From Desulfosudaceae bacterium (GTDB lineage: Bacteria; Desulfobacterota; Desulfobacteria; Desulfobacterales; Desulfosudaceae): 64,000 bases of DNA. A program made the position numbers and the translations under genes. Position 1 is the stretch's first letter. Every line of letters begins with the position of its first letter. Shown here in pieces: positions 18,736-29,793 of the stretch. Below the pieces are notes generated by a model. The model was not told the origin of the DNA, searched no databases, and saw nothing but the letters and a program-made list of their open reading frames with translations. The DNA lies in assembly GCA_963674745.2 (NCBI GenBank), contig CAXXDV010000003.1, forward strand, positions 2,624,001 through 2,688,000, written 5' to 3'.

Positions 18736-20075
18736 CCGGGAATCAGATTCAGCAAAGAAAAATCATTGCTGTGAACACTGCGGAAAGACATCACATCGGC
18801 CCGGAACACCAGCAGGTTTCTCAACAGGGATAGCAAATAGTTCTGCGGCCCATGCGGCGGGCGGGCAAACCGTCGGGCAATCGAACGCAAACCATAAAAC
18901 CGTTGATATAATGACCAGTAAAGGGTTTCGAGTTCCCGCGGGGTCATGCCCTCCGGGGTGATGACGGCATGGGTGCCGTCATAAAGGGACCAGTTCCGGG
19001 GCAGGTCGGTTTTGACGGTTTCCAGCTCTTCCCATAACCGGCTGCCGGGGATCGGGGTCAGGATATAAAGGGCCAGTTCGTCAATTTTCATGGCTTCCAG
19101 CCGCTGCAGGGTGACCCGGATGGTGGCTTCGTTTTCTTCTGTCAGCCCCAGGATCATGCTGGCAAAAACAACCATGCCCCGCTTGTGGAGGTTGTCGATC
19201 AAGGCACTGTATTGATCGATATCGGCCCACCCCTTTCGAACGCGTTGAAGTCCCCGGGCGGAAAAACTTTCCAGCCCGATATAAGCGGTCTCCATACCGG
19301 CATCCCGGGCCATGTCCAGCAATCGCAGGTCCCGGCCGGCGGCGGGATCCATCTGGGCCAGCCAGTTGACGCGCATGGACTTCATGGCGGAAAACAGCGG
19401 CGGCAGAATTTTCTTGTACGAAAACAGGTTGTCATCGATGAACATGATCCGCCCGGCGGACACGGCCCGGATATCGCGGAGCACGTCTTCCACCGGCCGG
19501 GTCCTTACCTGCCGGCCGTAAAACCGGGTGACCGTGCAATAGCTGCAATTATTGGGGCAGCCCCTGCCGACCCAGACGGGGTAGTATTTGTAGCGGTGTG
19601 GTTTACGATCGATCAGGTCATAACGGGGAGTGGGCAATCCGTCCAGCCGGATATACGCGTCCTGTTGGTAGCGCTTCTTCAGCCTGCCCTGTTGCGCATC
19701 GGCCAGTACCTGCTGCCACACACCCTCGGCCTCGCCGATGACCACCGCGTCGACGTACCGGCCTGCCTCGTCCGGGAAAAAAGAGGCATGAAGACCGCCC
19801 ATCACGACCGGGACACCCCGTTTGCGGTATTCTTCGGCGATCTGGTAGGCCCGCAGCGACTGACCGGTCATGGCCGTGACAGCCACCAGGTCGGCCGGAG
19901 CATCAAAGCATATGCCTTCAAACAGTTCATCGATGACCCGCACCTCGTGTTCTTCAGGCGTCAGGGCAGCCAGGTAAATAAACGAAAGGTTGAGAATTTT
20001 CCCTTCCCGGGCCCGGGTCCGGATCGGCATGCCCCGGCCGTCCAACTGGGTGGGGAAAATGATGGTTATTTTCAA
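18711..20075 (-). CDS. B12-binding radical SAM protein
   Basis: VVMGGLHAS and DAVVIGEAE (B12-binding domain); GRGCPNNCSYC; FIDDN; GLES; TPIPGS. Confidence 0.9.
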   Translation of the reverse strand: MKITIIFPTQLDGRGMPIRTRAREGKILNLSFIYLAALTPEEHEVRVIDELFEGICFDAPADLVAVTAMTGQSLRAYQIAEEYRKRGVPVVMGGLHASFFPDEAGRYVDAVVIGEAEGVWQQVLADAQQGRLKKRYQQDAYIRLDGLPTPRYDLIDRKPHRYKYYPVWVGRGCPNNCSYCTVTRFYGRQVRTRPVEDVLRDIRAVSAGRIMFIDDNLFSYKKILPPLFSAMKSMRVNWLAQMDPAAGRDLRLLDMARDAGMETAYIGLESFSARGLQRVRKGWADIDQYSALIDNLHKRGMVVFASMILGLTEENEATIRVTLQRLEAMKIDELALYILTPIPGSRLWEELETVKTDLPRNWSLYDGTHAVITPEGMTPRELETLYWSLYQRFYGLRSIARRFARPPHGPQNYLLSLLRNLLVFRADVMSFRSVHSNDFSLLNLIPGYSARDRA

Positions 20076-21991
20076 GTGACCTCGCGGTGTCTAAATGGTT
20101 TTGCGTTTATTGCCGGACTCAGGGCCTGCAAGGCGTCTTTCAGTCCGGAACGACGGTTGACGACGGCCTGAACAGCCGTTTCCAGGATGGCATCATCGGC
20201 CCAGATGACGACCGACTTTTTTGCCCGGGTCAGGCCGGTATAAACCAGTTCCCGGGTCAGAACGGGAGAGGGGTTTTCCGGCAGTATCATCAGCAGGGAA
20301 TCAAACTCCGAGCCCTGGGATTTGTGAATGGTCATGGCGAATACGGTTTCATGGGGCGGCAGCCGTAACGGTGAAAAGGCCCGCCACTCTCCGGCCGGGT
20401 CCGGGAAACAGGCCTGCCGCCGGCCGGCGGCGTCTTCCCAGATGATACCGACGTCACCGTTGTACAATTTCCGGGTGTAATCATTGCGGGTGATCATGAC
20501 CGGCCGTCCCGGGTAAAACGGGTCCGAAGCATCGATCAGGCCCCGATCGGCCAGTCCTTTTTCCACCATTCGGTTGATGGCTTCCACACCGTATGCGCCG
20601 TTGCGATGGGCGCAGACGATCCGGAACGTGTCCATAGCGGCCAGCGCCGCTTCGACCGAATCCGTCCGACAGATCTTTTGGAAAAACGGCAAGGCGGCCT
20701 GTTTCAGCTGCTTTTCAAGGTTTTCTTTGTCGGGCAACGGCGCCAGGACGACCGTCCCGGAGGTATCATCCTCGAAAACCCGGCGGGTCAAGGCCGCGTC
20801 CCCCTCATTAATGGCCCGGCTGACGGCATTCACCGAAGATCCTTCGGGAAAGCGGTAGTTCTGCTTTAACTCCACAACACAGTCCGCCAGCGAATTGTCA
20901 TCCCCGGCCGGCAATGACGGCAGTTGTTCATCGCAGATTTCCCGGCATTGCTTGCAAAAATCATCAGAGAAGCCTTCACCGGATGAGGCGGCACAGATGT
21001 CCCCCAGAACAGCACCGGCTTCCACGGAGGCCAGCTGGTTTTTATCGCCCAGCAGCACCAGGCGGGTTTTGCGGGTCATGGCTGCCAAAAGTCCGGCCAT
21101 CAGAGACAGGGAAACCATGGACGCTTCATCGACAATGACGATATCCACCGGCAGCCGGCGGTTTTCGTTATACCGGAAACCGGCATCCATGTCGGACGCC
21201 CCCAGAAGACGGTGAATGGTATGAACCGATTCGGGAAACCGTTCCGCCGTTTCCGGCATTTGGGCCGAGATCTGGTTTCTGGCCGCAACCATGGACGCCT
21301 GAAGCCGGGCGGCGGCCTTACCGGTCGGCGCACACAGCGCGATGGACATACCCGGCTGCTGGGCCAGCAGTAATCCGATAATCCGGGCGGCGGTAAATGT
21401 CTTGCCGGTTCCCGGCCCGCCGGTAATGATGCAGACATTCCGCGTCAGGGCCGCAAAAGCCGCCACCTTCTGCCAGTTCACCTCCGGGGATTTACCCGAC
21501 GGCGGAAAACAGCGGGCCAGGTCTTTTTTTAGCCGCTTAAAATCAATGCCCCCCGGCCGATTGAACAACCGTTCCCGGAAACCCGCCGCCAGTTGCTGCT
21601 CGTATTGCCAGTAACGGAAAAGGTAAAGCCGCCGACCGGCCCGATCAAGCACCAGCGGGGCATAATCGCCGGGAGCACCAACCACCGGGCTGTCGGCGAT
21701 GCGGTCCATCCAGGCATCTGCCGGCGGTGTGAGCATATCATCGGCCGGGCTGTCTGTGTCCGGGCCGGCATCGTCCAGGAGGCTGAGAAGCGGTTTGGCG
21801 GCCCAGTCGTCAAAATCCAGGCAGACGTGTTTGCCCCTGCCTACCGTATTGTTCAGCAACACGCAGGCCAGGTACAAATCATCGCCGCCGCTGTTTTCGG
21901 AAAGCCTGGCCATCAGTTCCGTAAACCGGATATCAATGTCCGTCAGCAGGCCCTTATCGTACAGTTGTTGAATAGGGTAAACGCTCATCAA
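20072..21991 (-). CDS. recD: Exodeoxyribonuclease V alpha subunit
   Basis: ITGGPGTGKT, APTGKAAARL, TIHRLLG, VDEASM, LGDKNQLASVEAG, TIHKSQGSEF, YTGLTRAK. Confidence 0.96.
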   Translation of the reverse strand: MMSVYPIQQLYDKGLLTDIDIRFTELMARLSENSGGDDLYLACVLLNNTVGRGKHVCLDFDDWAAKPLLSLLDDAGPDTDSPADDMLTPPADAWMDRIADSPVVGAPGDYAPLVLDRAGRRLYLFRYWQYEQQLAAGFRERLFNRPGGIDFKRLKKDLARCFPPSGKSPEVNWQKVAAFAALTRNVCIITGGPGTGKTFTAARIIGLLLAQQPGMSIALCAPTGKAAARLQASMVAARNQISAQMPETAERFPESVHTIHRLLGASDMDAGFRYNENRRLPVDIVIVDEASMVSLSLMAGLLAAMTRKTRLVLLGDKNQLASVEAGAVLGDICAASSGEGFSDDFCKQCREICDEQLPSLPAGDDNSLADCVVELKQNYRFPEGSSVNAVSRAINEGDAALTRRVFEDDTSGTVVLAPLPDKENLEKQLKQAALPFFQKICRTDSVEAALAAMDTFRIVCAHRNGAYGVEAINRMVEKGLADRGLIDASDPFYPGRPVMITRNDYTRKLYNGDVGIIWEDAAGRRQACFPDPAGEWRAFSPLRLPPHETVFAMTIHKSQGSEFDSLLMILPENPSPVLTRELVYTGLTRAKKSVVIWADDAILETAVQAVVNRRSGLKDALQALSPAINAKPFRHREVT

Positions 21992-21992
21992 A

Positions 21993-24900
21993 TTATCCCA
22001 GTACCCGTTCGAGTCTTTCCACCGCGGCTTTTTCCGGACGGTCGAAATAAACCCCGTTGCCGGGGATGTCGGGATTCACACCCCGGACGAAAAGATAGAC
22101 GGCCCCGCCGAAATGGGTGTCATAATCATAATCCGGCAGGCGGTGGCCCAGGTACCGGTGAAGGGCCACGGTATAAATATAGTACTGCAGATAGTATGAT
22201 TCGTCCGCTATACACCGGTGCAGTTGTGGAAAGGCATAATCGTCGGGATCATATCCCAGGTGGTTGGTCTTCCAGTCCAGCAGATAAAACCTCCCTTCAT
22301 GCGCAAACACCAGGTCGATAAACCCCCGCATATACCCGTGCAGCGGCCGGAACTCGAGGCGCTCACTGCCGGCGAAAAGATCCCGGCCCCTGTCATCATC
22401 CACGGCTGCCGACCGTCCCAGCGCCCTTCGCAGGCCTTCCGGGGTGATTCGCCGGATGGGATAATAAAAGCCCATCTCGGTGATCATCCGGTCGCGGGAA
22501 AGCCCGCCCAGTGCAAACCCGGGGGCATGGGGAAGCACCGGCGCCCGGAGCACATCCGTAACCATCTGATAAACCACCTTGTTCCAGAACCCGCCGGTGG
22601 ACGACGGTTTATCCAGGCCGTAACGCCTCAAGTTGATATCGATCAATTCCCCGGCATCATCCGGGCTGGAAAGTGAAAAATCCAGCTGTTCAAAAATGGA
22701 ATGAACGCACAGGCCCGGCACCGCACCGGCCGGAAAATCGAAAATGGTACCTTCCCATGGGCGGCCCTCGTCCGACACCTTTTTAGAAAATTCATCCTGT
22801 TTGATTTCATCGTCTTCCCGCGGCGGGGATGCCGTCCGCCCGATGGCGGACAGGTAGGTAAAACTGGCAATGCCCCATTCCTGGTCAATACGATCACCGG
22901 AGAACTGTTTCGGTTGTAAAACGGGTTTTTTGGGCTCTGCAGTCGGGCGATAAGGCCCGTATGAACCCGGCAGGTAACGCTCGACATGGATAAAATTCGC
23001 AGCCGGCTGAAGCCGTTCTTTCACCAACTGATAAAGGGCTTCGGCATCGATATCTTTCATCTGTGCCTGTAACTTTTCCAACCGGCCATCATCCGGCAGG
23101 CCGCCGTTCATCACATAGTCTAGGGCGGTCACACCGGACAAACCGATTTGACCAATCCTGCCGTAAACCAGGTAACAGCGGTTAATGGCCCGGGTCACCG
23201 CCACGTAAAGCAGTCGGACCAACTCTGACAGGTTTTCCCGGTAAGCAGACCGGGTATGTGCCTCATCTCCGGTACCGATATCCATCATCAACTGCTGCTG
23301 ATCATGGAAAATCACATTATCCGGCCTTACCGCCGCGCCTTTGTCCCACAGAAAGGGACAGAACACAATGGGATACTGCAGGCCTTTGCTTTTCCAGATG
23401 GTCACGATCTGTACGGCCTCATCATCCCGTTCCAGGCGCAACTGTTCCTCATCAGACATTTCTTCTTCGGTACCGTGCCTTTCCCTGATCCAGTCCAGCA
23501 GGCCGTTCATGCCCAGCCGGCATGTCACCGCGGCCTGATGGATCAATTCCGCCAGGTGCAGCACATTGGTCAGCCGCCTTTCACCGTCAGGGAAGTCCAG
23601 CAGCCTTAAACGGACATGATAATCGGACAGAAACCGCCGAAACGCGCGCATTAACCCGACCGACCGCCAGAGTTCGTGATATTCACCGAAATTGCGCAAA
23701 TGGTCGTCATATTCCGCGTAGCGGCCGTCATCTTCACCAAAGGCCTGAAGGTCCGCCGCGGAACAGCCGATGAGGTCGTCCGCCAGGGCCGCATTGACCA
23801 GCCTGTAATCCGTAGGGGCGGCCATGGCCGATAATACCCGTTCCACTGACAGGGCCTCTTCGGTTGTAAACACACTGCCGGTCCTGGATATCACCGCCGG
23901 AACATTCAACGCCGACAGGCGGTCCTTGATCCGGCCGGCATCCTGGTTACGGGTAATCAGAACGGCAATGTCCGCCGGTCCAAGCGGCCGATCTCCGACC
24001 AGAACGGCGCCCCTGGCGGACAGGTTCAACAGGCGGGCTATTTCTCCGGCCACGGCATCCATCACCACCTGTCGAGCGGTTTCTTTGTTCAGTTTAGCCA
24101 TTCGCCCGTCGTCATCTGTTCCGACAAACCACAGCTTGGCATGACCGGCCCCGTCACCGTTCATCCGTAACGGCAAGCGATTGCCAATGTTGTCTGGATC
24201 GGCGGTGACCGGGGCAAACCCGATGGCCTCCCCCAACACAAAGGGATTAGCGGTCTGGCCGAAAAGGCAGTTAACCGCCTCCACCAGGGGTGTTTCAGAG
24301 CGCCAGTTCCGGGGCAAAGCGTACTTCCTGTCGGACGGGACGTTTTTTGCGGCCTGGATATAGGAAAACACATCAGCACTACGAAAGGCAAAAATAGACT
24401 GCTTGGGGTCACCGATTAAAAAAAGGCTGTGGGTATCGACATTAAAAAGCCGGTCAAAAATCTCATGTTGAACCGGGTCCGTATCCTGGAACTCGTCGAT
24501 CAGGACCGCCCGATACCGGTCACGAATGGCCGATGTGAGCAGGCCTTTACGGTCGGCGGCCAGGGCCTTTTGCAGGCCTGACAGCAAATCGTTGAAATAC
24601 TGTACGTTACTGTCCTGCTTGCGGCGGACCAGTTCCTGCTCCAGGTACTGCCTGAAGGCATGCCGGTAATAAACAGCGCAGGCATCCTCGGCCGTCACAT
24701 AGCGCTGGCAGCATTCAAAAAAAGAATGTGCCGGTATGCCCAGGTGCGTTTTCGACGGCTTGAGGTTTTGCCGCATAAAATCCGGGGTTAAACGTCCGAA
24801 GACGGCCAGCCCGGCCGTGTCGATGTCTTCATTGAAAATCCGGTCCAGTTCTGCGGCGTATTCTTCGACCGCCTCCGCTTTGAAGGTATCCTTGCTGCGC

Positions 24901-25637
24901 CTGAGGCCATAATCATCGGACTTGAGCAGATCCATGATACGGCCGCGTTCTTTATCCCAGCGGTCGCGGGCGTCGTCAAATGCCTGAAGTAATTGCCGGG
25001 AGGGATCCCCGACGTTCGAAATCGGGATCAGTTCCAACATCGGCTTATTGATCAATATATCGGAAAAACGAACCAGGTGGTCGACAGACAGCAACCGCTT
25101 TATCGCCACGGCGCATAAGAGTTTGGGGGCCCGGATGAAGTTCCGCCGCCAGAAATCATCGACCACTTCCCGGACAAACCGGCTCTGGTCGGTCACCAGT
25201 TCGACATTGAACCGCAACGAAGACTCAAAAGCGAATTGATTCAGAATCCGGTTGCAGAAACCGTGAATGGTAAAAATACCGGCTTCATCAAAAGACAGGA
25301 CGGCTTTTCGCAGGGCTTTGGCCACGGTTTTTTCGTCACTGTGTTGAACCGCCTGCCTGACAACGGCTGCTGCGACGGGATTATCCCACGAATCCGGTTC
25401 ATCGATGAGTAACCGGGCCCGGGAAAGGGTTTGCCTGATCCGTTCCCGCAACTCCGTGGTGGCGGCTTCGGTGAAAGTCACCGCCAGGATGCGGCTGATG
25501 TCAAGACGGGCCTCGGCCACCAGCCGCAATATCAGATTGGTAATGGTGAAGGTTTTCCCGGTCCCCGCGCTGGCCTCGATCAAGTGGATTCCACGCAGGG
25601 GTACCGACAGAATGTCAAAAGGCGTAAATCCGGTCAT
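21993..25637 (-). CDS. recB: Exodeoxyribonuclease V beta subunit
   Basis: LIEASAGTGKT, VTFTEAAT, IDEFQDTD, IGDPKQSIFAFR, SKGLQY, YVAVTRA; nuclease domain GFIDLVF..LDWKTN..YYLQY. Confidence 0.96.
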   Translation of the reverse strand: MTGFTPFDILSVPLRGIHLIEASAGTGKTFTITNLILRLVAEARLDISRILAVTFTEAATTELRERIRQTLSRARLLIDEPDSWDNPVAAAVVRQAVQHSDEKTVAKALRKAVLSFDEAGIFTIHGFCNRILNQFAFESSLRFNVELVTDQSRFVREVVDDFWRRNFIRAPKLLCAVAIKRLLSVDHLVRFSDILINKPMLELIPISNVGDPSRQLLQAFDDARDRWDKERGRIMDLLKSDDYGLRRSKDTFKAEAVEEYAAELDRIFNEDIDTAGLAVFGRLTPDFMRQNLKPSKTHLGIPAHSFFECCQRYVTAEDACAVYYRHAFRQYLEQELVRRKQDSNVQYFNDLLSGLQKALAADRKGLLTSAIRDRYRAVLIDEFQDTDPVQHEIFDRLFNVDTHSLFLIGDPKQSIFAFRSADVFSYIQAAKNVPSDRKYALPRNWRSETPLVEAVNCLFGQTANPFVLGEAIGFAPVTADPDNIGNRLPLRMNGDGAGHAKLWFVGTDDDGRMAKLNKETARQVVMDAVAGEIARLLNLSARGAVLVGDRPLGPADIAVLITRNQDAGRIKDRLSALNVPAVISRTGSVFTTEEALSVERVLSAMAAPTDYRLVNAALADDLIGCSAADLQAFGEDDGRYAEYDDHLRNFGEYHELWRSVGLMRAFRRFLSDYHVRLRLLDFPDGERRLTNVLHLAELIHQAAVTCRLGMNGLLDWIRERHGTEEEMSDEEQLRLERDDEAVQIVTIWKSKGLQYPIVFCPFLWDKGAAVRPDNVIFHDQQQLMMDIGTGDEAHTRSAYRENLSELVRLLYVAVTRAINRCYLVYGRIGQIGLSGVTALDYVMNGGLPDDGRLEKLQAQMKDIDAEALYQLVKERLQPAANFIHVERYLPGSYGPYRPTAEPKKPVLQPKQFSGDRIDQEWGIASFTYLSAIGRTASPPREDDEIKQDEFSKKVSDEGRPWEGTIFDFPAGAVPGLCVHSIFEQLDFSLSSPDDAGELIDINLRRYGLDKPSSTGGFWNKVVYQMVTDVLRAPVLPHAPGFALGGLSRDRMITEMGFYYPIRRITPEGLRRALGRSAAVDDDRGRDLFAGSERLEFRPLHGYMRGFIDLVFAHEGRFYLLDWKTNHLGYDPDDYAFPQLHRCIADESYYLQYYIYTVALHRYLGHRLPDYDYDTHFGGAVYLFVRGVNPDIPGNGVYFDRPEKAAVERLERVLG

Positions 25638-25688
25638 AAAACGGGCAACAACAAAGCCATGTTATTTAACGGCCGATCCATCATTGAC

Positions 25689-27278
25689 CTACTTTCCACC
25701 GCGCACGGCACGGGCATAATAGGTTCCCGTCTTTTCGCCGTATGCGCTTTCACCGGTGGAAAAGTTGATGAGCCAGGCCTCATCCGGATAGTAAGCGCTG
25801 GTGGTAGACGACCAGTAATAGGCCAGTAAAGCGTCCGGGAAAACGGCGGTATCAGTAGCCGGATTGCCGGCTTCTATTTCCACGATTGAAAAAAGTTCCT
25901 TAATGCTGGGCAAACGCCAGTCATCAAACCCGGCCAGCGTCATATTACTGCACCATTCCAGCGCCTCCTGCCAGGTCATGGTGGCCATGGATGCGCCCCG
26001 GGCCCACGTCAGGCCGGTGGTGCTGTCGGTCACCGTATTGTTGGCATTCACTGTAAATGAAGGTGTCGATTGAACGCCACGAACCGCCCGCGCGTAAAAG
26101 GAACCCGGCGCACTGATCGTGTAACACCGGCCGTCAAGGTAGTTGAGACGACAGGAGCCGCTGGTATCGTCTGCCGGATCGACAAACGCCAGGTAGGCGC
26201 CTTTGGCCGTGTTCAGAAAATAGTCGATATCAATCGCCGGGGTATAGCTGCTGAAATCGGTAATGTAGAACAGATCTTTGATCGTCGGCATCCGCCAGTC
26301 GTCATAACCGCCAAACTGACCGGCATTGAGCGAAGCGATAAAATTATCGTCAACCGTATACCAGGTATAACGATTGTCTCTATCATGAATGCTGCTATCA
26401 TCGGTTTTGACTTCCCAGATCAGACCGGTGGCATTGTCCCGGACCATGGCCCATGAAGCAGCATCACCCGGCAGCTCAATGCCGGTGTCATCCAATTTTG
26501 TATAGTAAGGCGGGTTGATCGAATAAAAGGCGTCCTGGCCATAGAAAGCCTGTCCCTGGGCCGGGCAGTCAATAATCGTCCCTTTTCTATCATAACAATC
26601 GTCCTGCCCGGTGTCCGGCAGGAGCGGACAGTTCTCGTCAACCTGCCCGTCACAGTCATCATCGATATCATTAACGCAAATATCCGGCATGCCCGGGTTA
26701 ATGTCGGGGTTGGCGTCATCACAATCCACGGCTTTGCCACAATCGGCCTGGACAAAATAGCCATCACCGTCGGCGTCTGTACAATTAACACAGTTATCGT
26801 CAATCAGACCGTCGCAGTTGTTATCCAGGCCGTCGCCACAGACCTCGTAGGTGCCGGGGTTGATCTCCGGTTCCGTATCGTCGCAGTCGATTGGCGTACC
26901 GCATCCGCTCTGGGCGAAATAGCCGTCATTATCTGCATCCGTACAGGCACAGCCTTCGTTTATCAGACCATCACAGTTATTATCAATACCGTCACCGCAA
27001 ACTTCCGCCACGCCGGGATTAATGTCCGGGTCGCTATCATTACAATCGCGTTTATCGGTAACATAGCCATCGGGTTTGGTCGTTTTCCGGATGGTATCGT
27101 TCGGATCCCCGTATCCATCTCCGTCCGCATCACGGTGATAAAAAAGCCCTTCCGTATCGGATGAGTACCCCCCCCCGCTGCTACCGCCGGTGCCGATGAT
27201 GGACACCAGACCGATGATAAGAATTGCCAGCAACCCGGCCAAACGAAAGGCGTTAAAAATTCTAGGGGACCGTTTCAT
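25689..27278 (-). CDS. Surface protein with three MopE-like Cys/Asp repeats and two DUF1566 (Lcl/C-type lectin-fold) domains
   Basis: Repeats such as DADGDGY..DCNDSDPDINPG..EVCGDGIDNNCDG; LPDTGQ; DNATGLIWE; GYDDWRMPTIKDL; YYWSST..AWLINF..YARAVRGG. Confidence 0.88.
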   Translation of the reverse strand: MKRSPRIFNAFRLAGLLAILIIGLVSIIGTGGSSGGGYSSDTEGLFYHRDADGDGYGDPNDTIRKTTKPDGYVTDKRDCNDSDPDINPGVAEVCGDGIDNNCDGLINEGCACTDADNDGYFAQSGCGTPIDCDDTEPEINPGTYEVCGDGLDNNCDGLIDDNCVNCTDADGDGYFVQADCGKAVDCDDANPDINPGMPDICVNDIDDDCDGQVDENCPLLPDTGQDDCYDRKGTIIDCPAQGQAFYGQDAFYSINPPYYTKLDDTGIELPGDAASWAMVRDNATGLIWEVKTDDSSIHDRDNRYTWYTVDDNFIASLNAGQFGGYDDWRMPTIKDLFYITDFSSYTPAIDIDYFLNTAKGAYLAFVDPADDTSGSCRLNYLDGRCYTISAPGSFYARAVRGVQSTPSFTVNANNTVTDSTTGLTWARGASMATMTWQEALEWCSNMTLAGFDDWRLPSIKELFSIVEIEAGNPATDTAVFPDALLAYYWSSTTSAYYPDEAWLINFSTGESAYGEKTGTYYARAVRGGK

Positions 27279-27352
27279 TATTTTCTCCTTTGTCCTGACA
27301 GCATTAAGATCAGATAACCCCTTTATGTTAATCAGTTCGAGTCATCCTGTCA

Positions 27353-28936
27353 CTATGGCGTACCACCCCGTCCGCCACGGACAGCGCGCACGTAATACCG
27401 GCCCGTTTTATTGCCGTAACCGTTGTTGCCATAAGAAAAGCCGACGAGCCAGGCGTTATCCGGATAATAGGCATGTGTCGTCGATGACCAGTAGTAGGAA
27501 GACGTCGTATCCGGGAAATAATTGATATCGATCATCTGTCCGTCGGCATTGTCATCCACCAGGGATTTCAGCTCCTTTACCGTGGGCATCCGCCAGTCTT
27601 CATATCCGGCCAGGGAAAGGTCTTCGCACCAGGCCAGGGCTTCTTCCCAGGTCATGTTGCTCGCGGATGAACGCTTGTCCCACATCAGGCCGCTGTTATC
27701 ATCCGTTATTGTTCCATCCATGTTATCCGTCAAGGACACCGTCTGCTGATGGCCCCGAACAGCGCGCACATAATAATATTGATCCGACAGGTTTGAGGTA
27801 TTGTCCTGACCGTATATGAAGTTGACGGCAAGGACACCATTGGCATTATTATCGGCATCGCCGGATGCCCAGTAGTAAGATAACATGGTATTCTGAAAAT
27901 AATAAGTATCAACGGCCGGTCCAAAGGTGCCGTAGTTGACAATGGACATCAACTCTTCTACCGTGGGCAGCCGCCAGTCGTCATAACCACCGTAAAGCTC
28001 GGCGTTAAGCGTATCGATAAAATCATTCACGATATACCAGGCATAGCGATTATCCTTATCATGGGTACCGCCCTCATCGGTCTTAACCTCCCAGATCAGG
28101 CCGGTGACATTGTCCTGCACCATGGCCTCGCCGTTGCCGATAAGCCAGGTATAAGACGGCGGGTTAATGGCATAGGAGGCATCCTGCCCGTACAAAGCCC
28201 TGCCCGGGACCGGGCAGGTCGTCTCACCGCCGGCTCTGTTGTAACAGGTTGTCTGGCCGGTATCCGGGATTCTCGCATCAGCCGTACCGCAGCTCAGGTC
28301 CTGGCCGTCACAGTCACTATCCACGCCATCGCCGCATATTTCCGCCGCACCTGGAAAGATATCGGCATCGCCGTCATCGCAGTCCACAGCCGTGCCGCAG
28401 TTACCTTCGACATAAAAACCGTCCGCATCCGCGTCCGTACAGGTACACCCCTCGTCAATCTGCCCATTGCAGTTGTTATCGACGCTATCCCAGCAGACTT
28501 CGGCGACACCGGGATGAATCGCGGCATCGGCATCATTACAATCCACATTGGTACCGCAACCGAACTGGACAAAATAACCATCACCGTCATCATCCGTGCA
28601 GATACAACCCACATCGATTTCTCCATCGCAGTTATTGTCAATACCGTCGTCACAACGCTCTATCGCGCCGGGATGAACGGCCGGGTTGCTGTCATCACAG
28701 TCCGTCTTATTGCTTACATATTGCCCCAGCGGCATGGAGGTAAACTCAGCGGCATTGCCGGCATCGCCGTACCCGTCCCCATCCGCATCACGGTAATAGG
28801 TCATGCTTTTTTCGGATGCCGGCGAATAGCTGCCGCTCCCGCCGGTGCCGATAATTGACACCAGCCCCAGAATGATAATGGCCATCAATCCGGTAAAACG
28901 AATCACATTATAAAATCCGGAAGGGGGCTGTTTCAT
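27353..28936 (-). CDS. Paralogous MopE-repeat / tandem DUF1566 surface protein
   Basis: Same architecture: IPDTGQ, DNVTGLIWE, DWRLPTVEEL, YYWSSTT..AWLVGF..YVRAVRGG. Confidence 0.88.
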   Translation of the reverse strand: MKQPPSGFYNVIRFTGLMAIIILGLVSIIGTGGSGSYSPASEKSMTYYRDADGDGYGDAGNAAEFTSMPLGQYVSNKTDCDDSNPAVHPGAIERCDDGIDNNCDGEIDVGCICTDDDGDGYFVQFGCGTNVDCNDADAAIHPGVAEVCWDSVDNNCNGQIDEGCTCTDADADGFYVEGNCGTAVDCDDGDADIFPGAAEICGDGVDSDCDGQDLSCGTADARIPDTGQTTCYNRAGGETTCPVPGRALYGQDASYAINPPSYTWLIGNGEAMVQDNVTGLIWEVKTDEGGTHDKDNRYAWYIVNDFIDTLNAELYGGYDDWRLPTVEELMSIVNYGTFGPAVDTYYFQNTMLSYYWASGDADNNANGVLAVNFIYGQDNTSNLSDQYYYVRAVRGHQQTVSLTDNMDGTITDDNSGLMWDKRSSASNMTWEEALAWCEDLSLAGYEDWRMPTVKELKSLVDDNADGQMIDINYFPDTTSSYYWSSTTHAYYPDNAWLVGFSYGNNGYGNKTGRYYVRAVRGGRGGTP

Positions 28937-29418
28937 GATGTTCTCCTTTTGTCCTGACTGTATATTAGAATCAGATAAGCGACAACGGCGCCTGTAATGA
29001 TAGCGATCATATCATGATTGCTGTATGATCCACCTGTAAAATAATGACGGGTGTTCTCCAGCAGAAAAATACCGTCAAACCAGTCCGGAACAAGTCCGGC
29101 CGCCTGTGCGCTGTATTTCTGGCCCAGCTCAAAAGCGCCGTCAACGACCAGCCAGAACAGGCAGATGACCAGGCAGCTCCGGCGACCGCCGTTCACGATA
29201 CCGGCTGTCAGAAAGATAAATGCCATAACATGCAGCAGATCCGGTAGAAATTTGCTGATACTTCCGAACAGGGGCGGGTAAATATTATAAAGACTGAGCT
29301 GAACGGGAAGAACCGAGACAAACCAGGTCTGATCCGGCGGCCGATCGATCAGGTATACCAGCATCCCGATCAGCAACATCAGGATGCCGGATAATATATA
29401 TCCCATGTTGACCTTCAT
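28933..29418 (-). CDS. Small polytopic membrane protein, VanZ/DUF2809-like
   Basis: About 4 TMs with polar residues in or near TMs: YLIDR, LPDLLH, FELGQ, GSYSNHD. ATGA overlap with the downstream DUF1566 gene. Confidence 0.6.
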   Translation of the reverse strand: MKVNMGYILSGILMLLIGMLVYLIDRPPDQTWFVSVLPVQLSLYNIYPPLFGSISKFLPDLLHVMAFIFLTAGIVNGGRRSCLVICLFWLVVDGAFELGQKYSAQAAGLVPDWFDGIFLLENTRHYFTGGSYSNHDMIAIITGAVVAYLILIYSQDKRRTS

Positions 29419-29731
29419 AACACCACGTGCAGATTTCCCGCCGCTGAACAAAAGGCTCTGGCAATAGCCGAAATGGTTAAAATCAGTGTATAAAAGGTTC
29501 CGACCCACTCCTAAACCCCCTGAATGACATTAGTATTTTGTAATACGACCAAAATGTCAACCATTATTTAGCACTTATCCCGGATCACGGTGGTTCAGCT
29601 GAGACCCGAAGATGACTGATATTTTCGACCAGAGTGAATTCAACACTAGATAACAGGATATTGTTCATTAAATCAAGTCGGGCATCGATTTTTCTTGAAA
29701 TTAAAAAACTTTATGCCAGACTCGAAAGACA

Positions 29732-29760
29732 TTGACACCCAAAACGGCTGCTGATAGAAA
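29732..29760 (+). promoter_or_regulatory. Putative sigma70 promoter of the omptin gene
   Basis: TTGACA (29732-29737), 17-bp spacer, TAGAAA (29755-29760) preceded by TGn. Confidence 0.5.
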
Positions 29761-29793
29761 ATTATTTTAATAAAAACAAAATATTATAGAGAA

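Noticed and set aside
19185..20171. 328-aa plus-strand ORF and similar long antisense ORFs (1236-2000, 28061-28858, 35939-36742, 37647-38507)
   Set aside because: Antisense to motif-supported genes, with no recognisable domains.
25689..28936. Diversity-generating retroelement targeting the DUF1566 C-termini
   Set aside because: No reverse transcriptase, Avd or AAC-rich template repeat in the window. The two 3' ends differ at many synonymous third positions, which fits ordinary paralog divergence rather than adenine-specific mutagenesis. A remote DGR cannot be excluded without the genome.
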